NCBI GenBank assembly: GCA_041649135.1
Contig: JBAZNQ010000002.1
Location: 143,702 to 207,701, forward strand
Direction of reading: 5' to 3'
Origin: Patescibacteria group bacterium
GTDB taxonomy: Bacteria > Patescibacteriota > Kazan-3B-28
Length of the DNA stretch: 64,000 nt
Shown here: positions 1 through 9,219 of the stretch, piece by piece
Position numbering within the stretch: position 1 is the first letter of the stretch
How the letters are laid out: every line of letters starts with the position of its first letter
Program-made: the position numbers and the translations under genes
Notes under the pieces: model-generated
The model's database searches: none
What the model was told of the DNA's origin: nothing
The model's input: the letters and a program-made list of their open reading frames with translations, nothing else

Positions 1-950
1 GGCTCTGTTACCTTCACGATTTGCGATAAAGTCGCTGTTTGACCATCAGGATTTGTTACTACCAAATCCCATCTCCCCGTCTCCGCACCATCCAAGCTAA
101 ATTGACCGTTGTCAATTAAAGTCGGATCAGCCACGCGAACATTGTCAGCGGAAATTTTAATATCGCCCAATCGGATTTGCACTATCGGTATTGGGTTAAG
201 GCTAAAATTATCTCCACAAATACTTTCTATTTCCAGAATTCCGCCCACTTCTCCCTCCGCCGGTGTGATGCTGGTGAGTATTGGCGGTTCAACAATAATC
301 GAATTACTCGCCATCGGAGTGCCAAGATCTGCCACGCCGCTGTCAAAATTAATTGATGCTAGAGCGCTATGCCAACTGGTTTCTTGTTGCCCATCCGCAA
401 TCACGGCATTGCGCTCCATTGAAGCCTTGATATCGGAATCGCCAGCAAATGGAGCTTTGCCAAGCGCTCCGGCCACGTCAACCAAATTTTCATCCAAACG
501 GTAGTCTCCGCTGTATAAACCAATTCGTAGCTTAGTATTGGACAGCGAGAATAGTCCGTTATCTTCCGGCACGTCCCTTTTCACTACAACATTCGGTTCG
601 GTGTTGAGCATAGAGGTATCAATATCAAAACGGGATATCAGAAAATAACCTTTAGCCTCGATTATGCTGTTGGCGGGCAGCGTCAACATTCTTGTTTCGT
701 TCTCGTCGCTAGTGCCGGTATTTTTGGTAAGTTGCCAATTAGTTAAATCAACTGACTGGTTGGCCAGGTTACGTAACTCAATCCATTCATCATCCGAGAC
801 TTTTGTCTCATCAGGTTTCGTACTTCCCGCCCATGCCACTTCATTAATAATTACACTCGGCGCTGGATCGTCTTCTGCCCATACCCAAATCGCTGGCATG
901 GTCGCAATGCCCAAAATTATCACCGCTATTAATTTGGTTTTCCCCCACAT
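1..950 (-). CDS. Secreted lamin-tail-domain (LTD) protein, 3' end runs off the window
   Basis: Minus-strand frame from ATG at 950: MWGKTKLIAVIILGIATMPAIW (signal peptide), then SVIINEVAWAGS...DEWIELRN...VDLTNWQL, the LTD signature. Not in the supplied ORF track because it has no stop in the window. Confidence 0.8.
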   Translation of the reverse strand, partial: MWGKTKLIAVIILGIATMPAIWVWAEDDPAPSVIINEVAWAGSTKPDETKVSDDEWIELRNLANQSVDLTNWQLTKNTGTSDENETRMLTLPANSIIEAKGYFLISRFDIDTSMLNTEPNVVVKRDVPEDNGLFSLSNTKLRIGLYSGDYRLDENLVDVAGALGKAPFAGDSDIKASMERNAVIADGQQETSWHSALASINFDSGVADLGTPMASNSIIVEPPILTSITPAEGEVGGILEIESICGDNFSLNPIPIVQIRLGDIKISADNVRVADPTLIDNGQFSLDGAETGRWDLVVTNPDGQTATLSQIVKVTE

Positions 951-993
951 GGTTTGTTGTAAATCCAGCCTTGTTCTAGTGTATCCAAGTCAT

Positions 994-1022
994 TTGACCT
1001 TTGCCAAGTTTTGGGGTATAGT
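994..1022 (+). promoter_or_regulatory. Sigma70-type promoter upstream of rny
   Basis: TTGACC-N17-TATAGT. Confidence 0.55.
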
Positions 1023-1286
1023 CGGGTTAGGACAAGCCTGATTTTTATGCTCCTGTCCTGTATATCACTTTAAAACAACACTTAGGATAATGAGCCTCTT
1101 ACTTCCCTTATTGGGACTCCAAATTGTCACTTTCGCACCAACCCTCAAGCCTTTTTTGGAAGTTGCTGGTTGGACATTTTTCTTTTAACTTTTTGCGAGA
1201 GCCAACCGGGAGCAGTCTGCCTGTGGCGGATTAATGTGCTCACTTTTGGGTAGAGACTCACGACCTAGTGTAACCGGAGGTTCACT

Positions 1287-2831
1287 ATGCCGTCACTGTT
1301 CATCTGGATTATCGCCGGACTTGTCGGGGCGCTGGTTGGTTATTACATTCGCATTCTGATCACCAGCCAAAAGGTCGCTAAGGCCGAACAAGATGCCGAC
1401 AAAATTTTAGGTAAAGCCAAAGACAAGTTGTCCAACGCCGAAACCGAGGCGAAAGAAATTGTCTTGCAGGCCAAAGAAGAAGCTTCCAAGCTTCGTGAAA
1501 AATCGGAAAAAGAAGAAAAGGAGCGTCGCTCCGAAATGTTGGATTTGGAGCGTCGGGTTATCGCTAAAGACGAACAACTCGATCGCAAAACAGAAGACCT
1601 TGAGCATCAGAAGGAAGCCATTCTCAACAAAGACAAAGAGGTTCAGGAAGTCAAAGAAGAGATTTTAAAAATTCGTGATAACCAACTGGCGAAGTTGGAA
1701 AGCGTTGCCAAATTGACTAAGGACGAAGCTCGGGATCAACTTCTGGCTCGGGTGGAAAAAGAATACAAAGATGACGTTTTGCGCGTCATCCGGACTGTCG
1801 AACAGGAAGCCAACGATCAAGCCGAAGACAAAGCTCGCGATATTATCGCCGCCGCGATTCAACGCTACGCCGCCGATACTGCGACTGAAAGCACGGTCTT
1901 CGCCGTTCAAATTCCTAGTGATGAACTTAAGGGTCGGATCATCGGTAAAGAAGGTCGCAATATTCATGCCTTTGAAAAGGCTACTGGCGTTGATCTGATC
2001 ATTGACGATACACCAGACACAGTTATCATTTCTGGCTTCGACCCGATCCGCCGCCACATCGCCAAGCGGGCGCTTGAGCGGCTGGTAAAGGACGGTCGGA
2101 TCCAACCATCTCGCATTGAAGAGATGGTCGAAAAAGCCGACAAAGAAATTAACGCCGAAATGAAAAAAGCGGGTGAAGATGCGGTGCTCGAACTTGGGCT
2201 GACTGGTCTCCACCCTGACCTAATCAAAATTATTGGTCGCCTGCAGTTTCGTACTAGCTACGGTCAAAACATTTTACGCCACTCCATCGAAGCTGCTCAT
2301 TTAGCTGCCATGATGGCCGCCCAACTTGGGATGGACGTTCAGCTGACCAAGCTTGCTACTTTGATGCACGACATCGGTAAAGCGCTCGACCACGAATATG
2401 AAGGTAGCCACATCGAACTTTCCCGCGACATTGCGGTAAAGTACGGCATGCCAAAAGAAGTTATTCAAGCGCTCGAAGTTTCCCACGAAGGTTTTGGTGG
2501 TCCCAAAACAGCCATCGACTTTTTGGTCATGGCGGCTGATGCTATTTCTGCCAGTCGTCCGGGTGCCCGCCGCGAATCAGCCGAAAACTTTGTCAAACGG
2601 TTAGAAGATTTGGAACGCATTGCCACCAGTTACGAAGGTGTGGGCAAAGCCTACGCTATTCAAGCCGGTCGCGAAGTGCGCATTATGGTTCAGCCGGATA
2701 AGCTCGACGATCTTGCTTCCGCTAAGCTGGCACATAATGTGGCACGTCAAATTGAAAAGGAAATGACCTACCCCGGCCAAGTCAAAGTCATGGTCATTCG
2801 GGAAACTCGGTCCGAAGACATCGCTAAATAA
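1287..2831 (+). CDS. rny: Ribonuclease Y
   Basis: N-terminal TM, coiled coil, KH domain (KGRIIGKEGRNI), HD domain (LMHDIGK), ADAISASRPGAR, AIQAGREVR; GGAGG RBS. Confidence 0.97.
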   Translation: MPSLFIWIIAGLVGALVGYYIRILITSQKVAKAEQDADKILGKAKDKLSNAETEAKEIVLQAKEEASKLREKSEKEEKERRSEMLDLERRVIAKDEQLDRKTEDLEHQKEAILNKDKEVQEVKEEILKIRDNQLAKLESVAKLTKDEARDQLLARVEKEYKDDVLRVIRTVEQEANDQAEDKARDIIAAAIQRYAADTATESTVFAVQIPSDELKGRIIGKEGRNIHAFEKATGVDLIIDDTPDTVIISGFDPIRRHIAKRALERLVKDGRIQPSRIEEMVEKADKEINAEMKKAGEDAVLELGLTGLHPDLIKIIGRLQFRTSYGQNILRHSIEAAHLAAMMAAQLGMDVQLTKLATLMHDIGKALDHEYEGSHIELSRDIAVKYGMPKEVIQALEVSHEGFGGPKTAIDFLVMAADAISASRPGARRESAENFVKRLEDLERIATSYEGVGKAYAIQAGREVRIMVQPDKLDDLASAKLAHNVARQIEKEMTYPGQVKVMVIRETRSEDIAK

Positions 2832-2911
2832 TTGACCACAACTTCCAACTTTGTTATGAGTTAAGTGCCATCTTACGATGGCACTTAATCTTGTACCCAA
2901 AGGGGAAGACC

Positions 2912-3097
2912 ATGCCACAACCAAGGGTGTCGAGATGTGGTATGAGCAGGGAACAACTTAGGAAAAGGCTTAAGCTACTCCCTGACGAATACTATGAGCG
3001 AGTTCAGAACACAGCAGCAGTTGACCACGGTTCAGAGTCCGAGGAGCCGAACCCATCGTCCAATCCGACCCCCCGGACCGATAAAGGAGATGGCTGA
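2912..3097 (+). CDS. Small hypothetical protein
   Basis: ATG after AGGGGAAG; stop overlaps the next ATG (TGATG). Confidence 0.4.
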   Translation: MPQPRVSRCGMSREQLRKRLKLLPDEYYERVQNTAAVDHGSESEEPNPSSNPTPRTDKGDG

Positions 3098-3204
3098 TGC
3101 ACCCACTAATAAGCCCCGGTGTCGCGGTGGCGATTCTCGTTCCCTTTAGTATCGTATTCTTCGGAGCCATCTTCTGGCTCTGTATGCGTCCGCAGTCGCG
3201 ATAA
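3097..3204 (+). CDS. 35-aa single-pass membrane peptide
   Basis: MHPLISPGVAVAILVPFSIVFFGAIFWLCMRPQSR; AAGGAG RBS; TGATG coupling to the upstream ORF. Confidence 0.45.
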   Translation: MHPLISPGVAVAILVPFSIVFFGAIFWLCMRPQSR

Positions 3205-3346
3205 CCTAACCCAGCGTAGCTATGACGAAAAGAGATCGTAGCTTCCTGCCGTCGCACCATCAATGAGAGGGAAATTTCCCTCTCATTACTTTTTACTGCT
3301 AACATAGAAACTGGCTAAGGTTTATATCAACCTCGATTTTTTACCC

Positions 3347-4618
3347 ATGATCGACATCAAAAAAACTACTCTATCTAATAAGCTTCGCGTCTTGGTCATG
3401 CCGATGCGCTCGACTGAAGCTGTTACCGTGATGATCCTGGTTCGCGCCGGCTCCCGCTATGAGACCAAATCCATTAACGGTATCGCCCATTTCCTTGAAC
3501 ACATGTTTTTCAAGGGTGGTGAACGCTACCCCACTCCCCGCTCGGTGGCCGAGGCCATCGATGCCATCGGGGGAATTTTTAATGCTTTTACTAGCGACGA
3601 ATATGTCGGCTATTTTGTAAAAGTCGAAAAAGATAAAATCGAGATCGCCTTTGATGTTCTCTCCGATATGCTACTCAATGCCAAATTTGACGCCGAGGGG
3701 TTAGAACGTGAACGGGGTGTGATCACAGAGGAATACAACATGTACATCGATACCCCCCAGTTCAAAATCTGGGATATTTTTGAGAGACTGTTTTTTGGTG
3801 ACCACCCACTAGGTTGGTCGACTATTGGCTTGCCGGAAGTTATCCAAAAAGTAAAACGGCAGGATTTTATCAACTACCGGGGCCGGCTGTATACTCCTAC
3901 CAATATCGTTGTCTCGGTCGCTGGTAACACCACCACTGCCAAAGTGGCAAGTTTGGTCAAGAAATACCTGCCCTACCCCAAAACCGGCAAAAAAAACCAA
4001 CCACTCCCCTATCACGCCGCTGATCCTAAGAAAAAATTTCAAGTTGTTTACAAAAAAACCGAACAAGCTCACTTGGTCATCGGTGTCCCAACTTTTGGTG
4101 CTAATCATCCCGACAAATACGTCGGCAAAGTTCTGGCTTCAGTTTTGGGCGGCGGCATGAGTTCACGACTTTTCACTTCCGTGCGTGAGCGTCATGGCTT
4201 AGCTTATTATGTTAGCGCCAACTCTGCCAATTATATTGACGCTGGCTACCTTGTCGCTAGTGCTGGAGTAGACGTTAAACGCATTGATTTGGCCGTTAAG
4301 ACCATTCTGGACGAGTTTAGGGAGATTACCCTTGCTCCCATTCCTGCGAAAGAACTAGCGAAGGCTAAAGAGTACCTGACTGGTGGTCTGGTTTTAGCAA
4401 TGGAGGACTCTGATGAAGTTGCCTGTTCCTTCGGAATTCAGGAGCTACTTCATGATAAAACCGAAACCATCGATTCTGTTCGTAAAAAGATCCGCCGAGT
4501 TACCGCCGCTCAAGTTCAGAAGCTGGCTAAACAGATTTTCAAGGACGACCGGCTCTGTTTGACGGTGATCGGCCCCTATCGCACTACTGATAAAATTAAA
4601 AAAGCATTTAAGCTATAA
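3347..4618 (+). CDS. M16 (pitrilysin) family zinc peptidase
   Basis: Inverted zinc motif HFLEH (GIAHFLEHMFFKG), NAFTS, LGGGMSSRLF..VRE..GLAY. Confidence 0.95.
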   Translation: MIDIKKTTLSNKLRVLVMPMRSTEAVTVMILVRAGSRYETKSINGIAHFLEHMFFKGGERYPTPRSVAEAIDAIGGIFNAFTSDEYVGYFVKVEKDKIEIAFDVLSDMLLNAKFDAEGLERERGVITEEYNMYIDTPQFKIWDIFERLFFGDHPLGWSTIGLPEVIQKVKRQDFINYRGRLYTPTNIVVSVAGNTTTAKVASLVKKYLPYPKTGKKNQPLPYHAADPKKKFQVVYKKTEQAHLVIGVPTFGANHPDKYVGKVLASVLGGGMSSRLFTSVRERHGLAYYVSANSANYIDAGYLVASAGVDVKRIDLAVKTILDEFREITLAPIPAKELAKAKEYLTGGLVLAMEDSDEVACSFGIQELLHDKTETIDSVRKKIRRVTAAQVQKLAKQIFKDDRLCLTVIGPYRTTDKIKKAFKL

Positions 4619-4624
4619 ACCCCT

Positions 4625-4780
4625 GTCATTCCCGCCCCCGAGCGGGAATCCAGAAAAGAATAAAAACATTTTTCTGTTTCTATCTGGATTCTCTGGTTCC
4701 GTCCTTCCCTCGTTGAGCTTCCTCCGTCGCTAAGGCTATGGAGGACTCTGACGGAGGACTAACGCAAGCCAGAGAATGAC
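4625..4780. repeat. Inverted pair of GTCATYC..GRATCYAG palindromic repeats with nested hairpins
   Basis: GTCATTCCCGC-CCCCGA-GCGGGAATCCAGA, A/T-rich spacer, then an inverted copy TCTGGATTCTC...GAGAATGAC whose loop holds further hairpins. Confidence 0.85.
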
Positions 4781-4802
4781 AATAAAATATCAAGAAGGAT
4801 TT

Positions 4803-5267
4803 ATGGAAAAGACGTTAGTTGCACTAAAACCCGATGCTGTTCGCAAGGGTTTGCAGGATGAAATTAAAAATCGGTTGACTGCCACTGGGCTGAAAATCGT
4901 AGCTGAAAAAGAGATGCAGGTTGATGCCACTTTTGCAAGTGAACACTATTCCGATCTAGGTATTCGCAAAGGTGAAGATGTAAAACGCCGAATGGTCACC
5001 TTCTTGTCGTCTGGTCCAGTTATCACCATGATTATTGAAGGTGAAAATGCTATTGAGGAAGTCAGACGGATTGTTGGCAAAACCTTACCTGCCGATGCTG
5101 ATGTCGGCACAATCCGTGGCGATCTTGGTGACAGGGAAGAAAGTTACGCGAAAGCTGATGAAGCAGACAGAGCCGTTGAAAATCTAATTCACGCTTCCGA
5201 TGCTCCAGAAACGGCCGCCGCCGAAATCAAACTCTGGTTTCCAGAGCTGGATAGTCGCGAGTGGTGA
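4803..5267 (+). CDS. ndk: Nucleoside diphosphate kinase
   Basis: MEKTLVALKPDAV, SGPV, GTIRGD, catalytic NLIHASD. Confidence 0.95.
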   Translation: MEKTLVALKPDAVRKGLQDEIKNRLTATGLKIVAEKEMQVDATFASEHYSDLGIRKGEDVKRRMVTFLSSGPVITMIIEGENAIEEVRRIVGKTLPADADVGTIRGDLGDREESYAKADEADRAVENLIHASDAPETAAAEIKLWFPELDSREW

Positions 5268-5471
5268 GTCACGAGTTGTAAGTAGCGAGTGGCAGCGAGT
5301 AGGACTCCTTTTACTTGCGAAGCCCCACATAACTCACAAGAGCGTAGAATGGTCATCCTGAACGGAGCGTTAGCGAAGTTGAAGGATCTAGGCGATAGCC
5401 GTTTTGCTAACCTTGTTCACCTACCGATGGACGGGTCAGTTCGTCCAGATGCATCCAAAATCTTCTCTCTC

Positions 5472-5561
5472 GTCATTCCCGACCTGATCGGGAATCCAGA
5501 AAAGAATAAAAACAGTTTTTTCTTTTTCTGTACAGATTCTCCAATCAAGTTGGAGAATGAC
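5472..5561. repeat. Inverted pair of GTCAT-type palindromic repeats
   Basis: GTCATTCCCGACCTGATCGGGAATCCAGA ... AGATTCTCCAATCAAGTTGGAGAATGAC. Confidence 0.85.
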
Positions 5562-5702
5562 AGACAAAAGTAACCCAAAATGACCAGTCACCACGTTGCG
5601 GCGGAGCGCAACAACGTTGTAACGCCGGTCTAATTTTCCACTTCCACAAAGAAAAATGCCACCGCAACGATTTTGCGGTGGCTTGTATTGACGAACCATA
5701 GA

Positions 5703-6131
5703 TCAGCCAGATAGTTGGGAACATTCATCTCTCTGAAATTGAATACACCGGTTGATCATCTCGTCCGTAGCTGCTCTCATTTCAGGATCATTCTCCCATA
5801 AACCTCCACCCGAGTTCAGATAGCGGTATAACAGAGTCAATTCCTCTGCGGTTACCATGTCAACTACGCAGGTGCTAACCCTCTTCAGAATAAGAGTTCG
5901 ATTCTCCTGCCAGTGTCTTCGGCAAACTCCCCTCAAAAACCACTGACAAAGTAGTGATTCTGCCAGAAAGTCTACCGCCACTAACAAAAACGAATAATCC
6001 TCTGATGGCCGTCGTGCAATGTATTTGTACACGAGAGGCATGTTGCAAACTACCTCACGGAGCAGCCACCCGCCAATGAGGCACAACACTACTAACGCTA
6101 GGAGTGTATCAAGGTTCATTGAATTTGCCAC
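5703..6131 (-). CDS. Hypothetical protein with N-terminal TM
   Basis: 142-aa ORF, GGAGG RBS, hydrophobic N-terminus. Confidence 0.6.
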   Translation of the reverse strand: MANSMNLDTLLALVVLCLIGGWLLREVVCNMPLVYKYIARRPSEDYSFLLVAVDFLAESLLCQWFLRGVCRRHWQENRTLILKRVSTCVVDMVTAEELTLLYRYLNSGGGLWENDPEMRAATDEMINRCIQFQRDECSQLSG

Positions 6132-6367
6132 CTCCCTTTTGATGGCTTCAATCTAACTGCTATATCTCCCCCAGTCAACCCCTGTGCCCCCGTTCCTTCC
6201 CCATTGCCGAATCCTCGTAGACCATTCATAGCCCATAGGGCGAAGTAGGGCCGAATTGCTGAATTGTCCACCGTTCCCCTCTTTTCTCTCGTCATTCTGG
6301 TAAGCGAAACGCATCCAGAATCGTATAATTGACGCAATTTACTCCATTGTGTCATTCTGGTATTCCC

Positions 6368-6573
6368 GTCATTCCCGTGCCCGCCTGCAACGATGCCCGC
6401 CAGAAACGCTGTATCTACTGCGGACTGGTAGCACTTCGGGCAGGAAAACGGGAATCCAAACCCCGTCCGTCATTCCCGCGTAGGCGGGAATCCAGACAGA
6501 AACAAGAACATTTTTCTTTTTATTTCTGGGTCCCCGATGTCGGATGGCTTTGCCTCCGGCTCGAGGATGACAA
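6368..6573. repeat. 206-bp composite palindromic repeat unit, copy 1 (copy 2 at 26121-26326)
   Basis: Direct comparison shows about 4 mismatches over 206 bp; made of several GTCAT-type hairpins. Confidence 0.92.
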
Positions 6574-7275
6574 CACGGGGAATATGGCATCATTTAATAA
6601 GATTCTGGGCACCTGCCCGAAATGCTACGCATAGCGTTGCAGGCGGGAGCCAGAATGACGATAGACAGGGTCATGTCTCCTGCTCCACCACTACTCAATT
6701 GCCTGTCCACCTTGGATTGGCTCAATTGTTGAATCGCCGAATTCCCCCTCCCAACCACTATTGGCTTGTGGCTGGCCTCCGGTGGCTAGTGACTGTGGAT
6801 AACTCCCTATCCCCTATCTTATTTTTTACAAATATACGTTTTTGTGGTGTAATTTAATTACGAGCAACCTTTTACGAGAGTAATTCTCGTAAATAGTCCG
6901 TCCTGTGCTCCTTGATAACAAACGATCTCTTAGTACCTTGCTAAGGGAGAGTCAAATGGCCACAGGACCAAAGCTGACTCTTCCAAGTGCTGGAAGGGTT
7001 TTATGTACTTTAACCGGTCGCGCACCGGCACATCAATAGGTTTCCCATCCCAGCACCGCCTTATGGACAGGCGAGTTCCTCGCCTGTCCCCTTTCTTGAA
7101 TATCACTTTCCACAACATTCCTCCGGTATCCTGCCGGAGGACTTTTAAATTCCCAACAAAGAACCTCACACACAACATCAGCAGCAGAACACTGGAAGAA
7201 GGTCATTTGTTGTCCCTCAATGTCATTACATTGAGGTTTTTTTATTTACAACATAAAAAATAAAATTTTCAAGAT

Positions 7276-7828
7276 GTTACAACGTTGTTGCGCTCACCGC
7301 AACAACGTTGTTGCGGTCAAATAATACAGTCCTAGAGCCAATCTCATTTTTTAATATACCAAAAAACCATTATTACACCATTTTTACCACCGCCATGTCA
7401 AAACGCTCCGCCGCAACATGACGGTTGCGGACGACCGCAACACCGTTGCGGTCGTCACTACCTACCGCAACAACGTTGTTGCGGAACATACTATAAAAAA
7501 GTAGGCTACCATATTATATATTTATATATAGGCATTTTGTGATGATCAAAACACGAACATAAAAAACAAGGGGGTTGCAACGTTGTTGCGGTACCTGTTA
7601 CAATGTTGTTGTAACACACCTACAACGTTGTTGCGCTCCGCCGCAACGTTGCGGCGGGGGACTACAATATGCTTACAGTTGCTACAATTATTGCTATTAT
7701 CGTTTTCTTTTACGGCAGTCGCTAGACGCCGACCGCAACAACGTTGCGCTCGACCTTTTCGCTACAGTAGCGAAAAAAGGCGGGGGACCTACAACGTCGT
7801 TGCGGAGCGCAACAACGTTGTTGCGCTC
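7276..7828. repeat. Array of about 12 palindromic CGCAAC-N(0,3,6)-GTTGCG sites
   Basis: Perfect palindromes at 7296-7317, 7465-7484, 7638-7657 and 7805-7828; variants at 7276, 7411, 7431, 7574, 7596, 7621, 7733 and 7790. Confidence 0.93.
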
Positions 7829-7853
7829 GCCAAAATGTACTAAAATCAAATTA

Positions 7854-8405
7854 ATGGAAACCGAAACCATCCAAGCAGAATCAACTACTACCTCGGCGCC
7901 TCAAGCCGAAGTTACTAGCCCGACCAAAGGCTCTGCTTATTCGTTAACTGAAGTCGCCAAATTTCTCAATGTCAATGAAAGTACTCTTCGCAACTGGGAG
8001 AAACGCTTTGGCGAATACCTCTCCAATTACCGTAATCAGTACAACCACCGGCTATTTACCGATAGTGATATTGCCATGCTGGAACGGGTTAAATACCTGT
8101 TGGAATCGAATCTCTTTACCGTTGCTGGCGTCAAACACATGCTCTCCAATAAAGGAGAGATTTCAGGAGCAGGGGAGAGTGTTCAAACTCAAGCCATCAT
8201 GACCCAACAGGAGAAAGAAGCAGAGGAAGAATACCGTCAGAAACTATTGTTCGCTCTCAACTCTCTTGGCTCTGAAATCCATTCTCTTCGCCGCGAAGTC
8301 AGGGAAGACCTCCGCGGGAGCCTAAAGGCTGAATTAGATCACCTAAAACTCTTACTTTTCCCACCCGAACAACCCAAGAAGAACCCTTGGTATAAGTGGT
8401 GGTAG
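7854..8405 (+). CDS. MerR-type HTH protein with C-terminal coiled coil and aromatic/basic tail (RacA/RocS-like architecture)
   Basis: YSLTEVAKFLNVNESTLRNWEKRF...RNQYNHRLFTDSDI is a MerR HTH; heptad-rich C-terminal half; ends KKNPWYKWW. Start taken as ATG 7854, since the longer ORF only reads through the repeat array. Confidence 0.85.
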   Translation: METETIQAESTTTSAPQAEVTSPTKGSAYSLTEVAKFLNVNESTLRNWEKRFGEYLSNYRNQYNHRLFTDSDIAMLERVKYLLESNLFTVAGVKHMLSNKGEISGAGESVQTQAIMTQQEKEAEEEYRQKLLFALNSLGSEIHSLRREVREDLRGSLKAELDHLKLLLFPPEQPKKNPWYKWW

Positions 8406-8530
8406 GATTTTCGGTATCAGATCACAAACCGGAATGGGGGATAACTCCGTTTTTGAAATTTGATACCGGTAATACTACAAAACCGGCTAGGATTATTGTT
8501 CTTTTATATCTGATATCGGGAGAGGGCAAG

Positions 8531-8776
8531 ATGGGCAGAAATGTCATTAGCCAACTGGATGGGCTGCACCAGTACGGCGAAGCATTACGCCGTCTAGTCC
8601 GAGAATGTGGACGCACCAAAGCAGAGGCCATACAAATGCTCTGGTATGACCGAGATGCACTATTATCAGCTGGGGTTACTTCGATGCAACTGCTGGAGCT
8701 TGAAACGGCCATCGACATAGAAGAACAGGAAGGCAGACTGAAACCGCAACAATGCCAATTTGGCAGTAGTGAATAG
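8531..8776 (+). CDS. Hypothetical protein
   Basis: 81-aa ORF with GAGGG RBS. Confidence 0.5.
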   Translation: MGRNVISQLDGLHQYGEALRRLVRECGRTKAEAIQMLWYDRDALLSAGVTSMQLLELETAIDIEEQEGRLKPQQCQFGSSE

Positions 8777-8795
8777 ACCTAAGGAGGTTTTCCAG

Positions 8796-9074
8796 ATGAT
8801 ACCAAATGGACAACCCTGCCAAATGGCAGATGGGAGGGTTGGTATTTGTCCACTTTGTGGGCACATTGAAGAGTTGCATCCCGTACGGATCCAACTCTTT
8901 GAAAGGGGTCTGGATTTGCGACCGGTACCATGTGGAGATGCAAAACAAGCAGTTTGTATTTGCCCTAAGTGCGGTGCTCGTAGCTCAACTCTGGGGGTTC
9001 TGATCAACGAAGATATCTTCATTATCGACAAGAACTCCCATGCGCCCCGTGGTCCGATCGTCAGACAGCCATAG
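8796..9074 (+). CDS. Small putative zinc-ribbon protein
   Basis: CPLC...CPKC pairs, AAGGAGG RBS, followed by a hairpin plus T-run. Confidence 0.6.
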   Translation: MIPNGQPCQMADGRVGICPLCGHIEELHPVRIQLFERGLDLRPVPCGDAKQAVCICPKCGARSSTLGVLINEDIFIIDKNSHAPRGPIVRQP

Positions 9075-9219
9075 GCGGTTCTGCTACACCAGCAGTCCGC
9101 CTATTTTATTTTTCCTTACGTCATGTCATCCTTGAGGTCGCCGTGGCTACCCAAGGATCTATAATAACCTCATGAACCAATCGTGAAGTTTGTCATGAAT
9201 TTAGCCGCACAGATTTAAA

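Noticed and set aside
109-1041. Plus-strand ORFs 109-504 and 664-1041
   Set aside because: Antisense shadows of the minus-strand lamin-tail-domain gene
6329-6857. ORFs 6329-6634, 6369-6593, 6537-6857 and similar ORFs at 5289, 11280, 12351, 26122 and 29043
   Set aside because: They are translations of palindromic repeat clusters with no protein-like features
6794-7570. Chromosomal origin (DnaA box plus AT-rich stretch)
   Set aside because: Only one perfect DnaA box here (another isolated one at 24180-24188), no dnaA/dnaN nearby, and no strand-composition switch obvious by eye; it cannot be fully excluded without a skew calculation
7276-7828. CRISPR array
   Set aside because: Repeat units vary in length, spacing is irregular (2 to over 90 bp), and no cas genes are in the window
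7575-7853. Cys-rich N-terminal extension of the HTH protein (ORF from 7575)
   Set aside because: It is only translation of the palindrome array (QRCC repeats); ATG 7854 gives a normal domain start
8408-8472. Integron attC-like imperfect hairpin after the HTH gene
   Set aside because: Lacks RYYYAAC/GTTRRRY core sites, and no integron integrase is in the window
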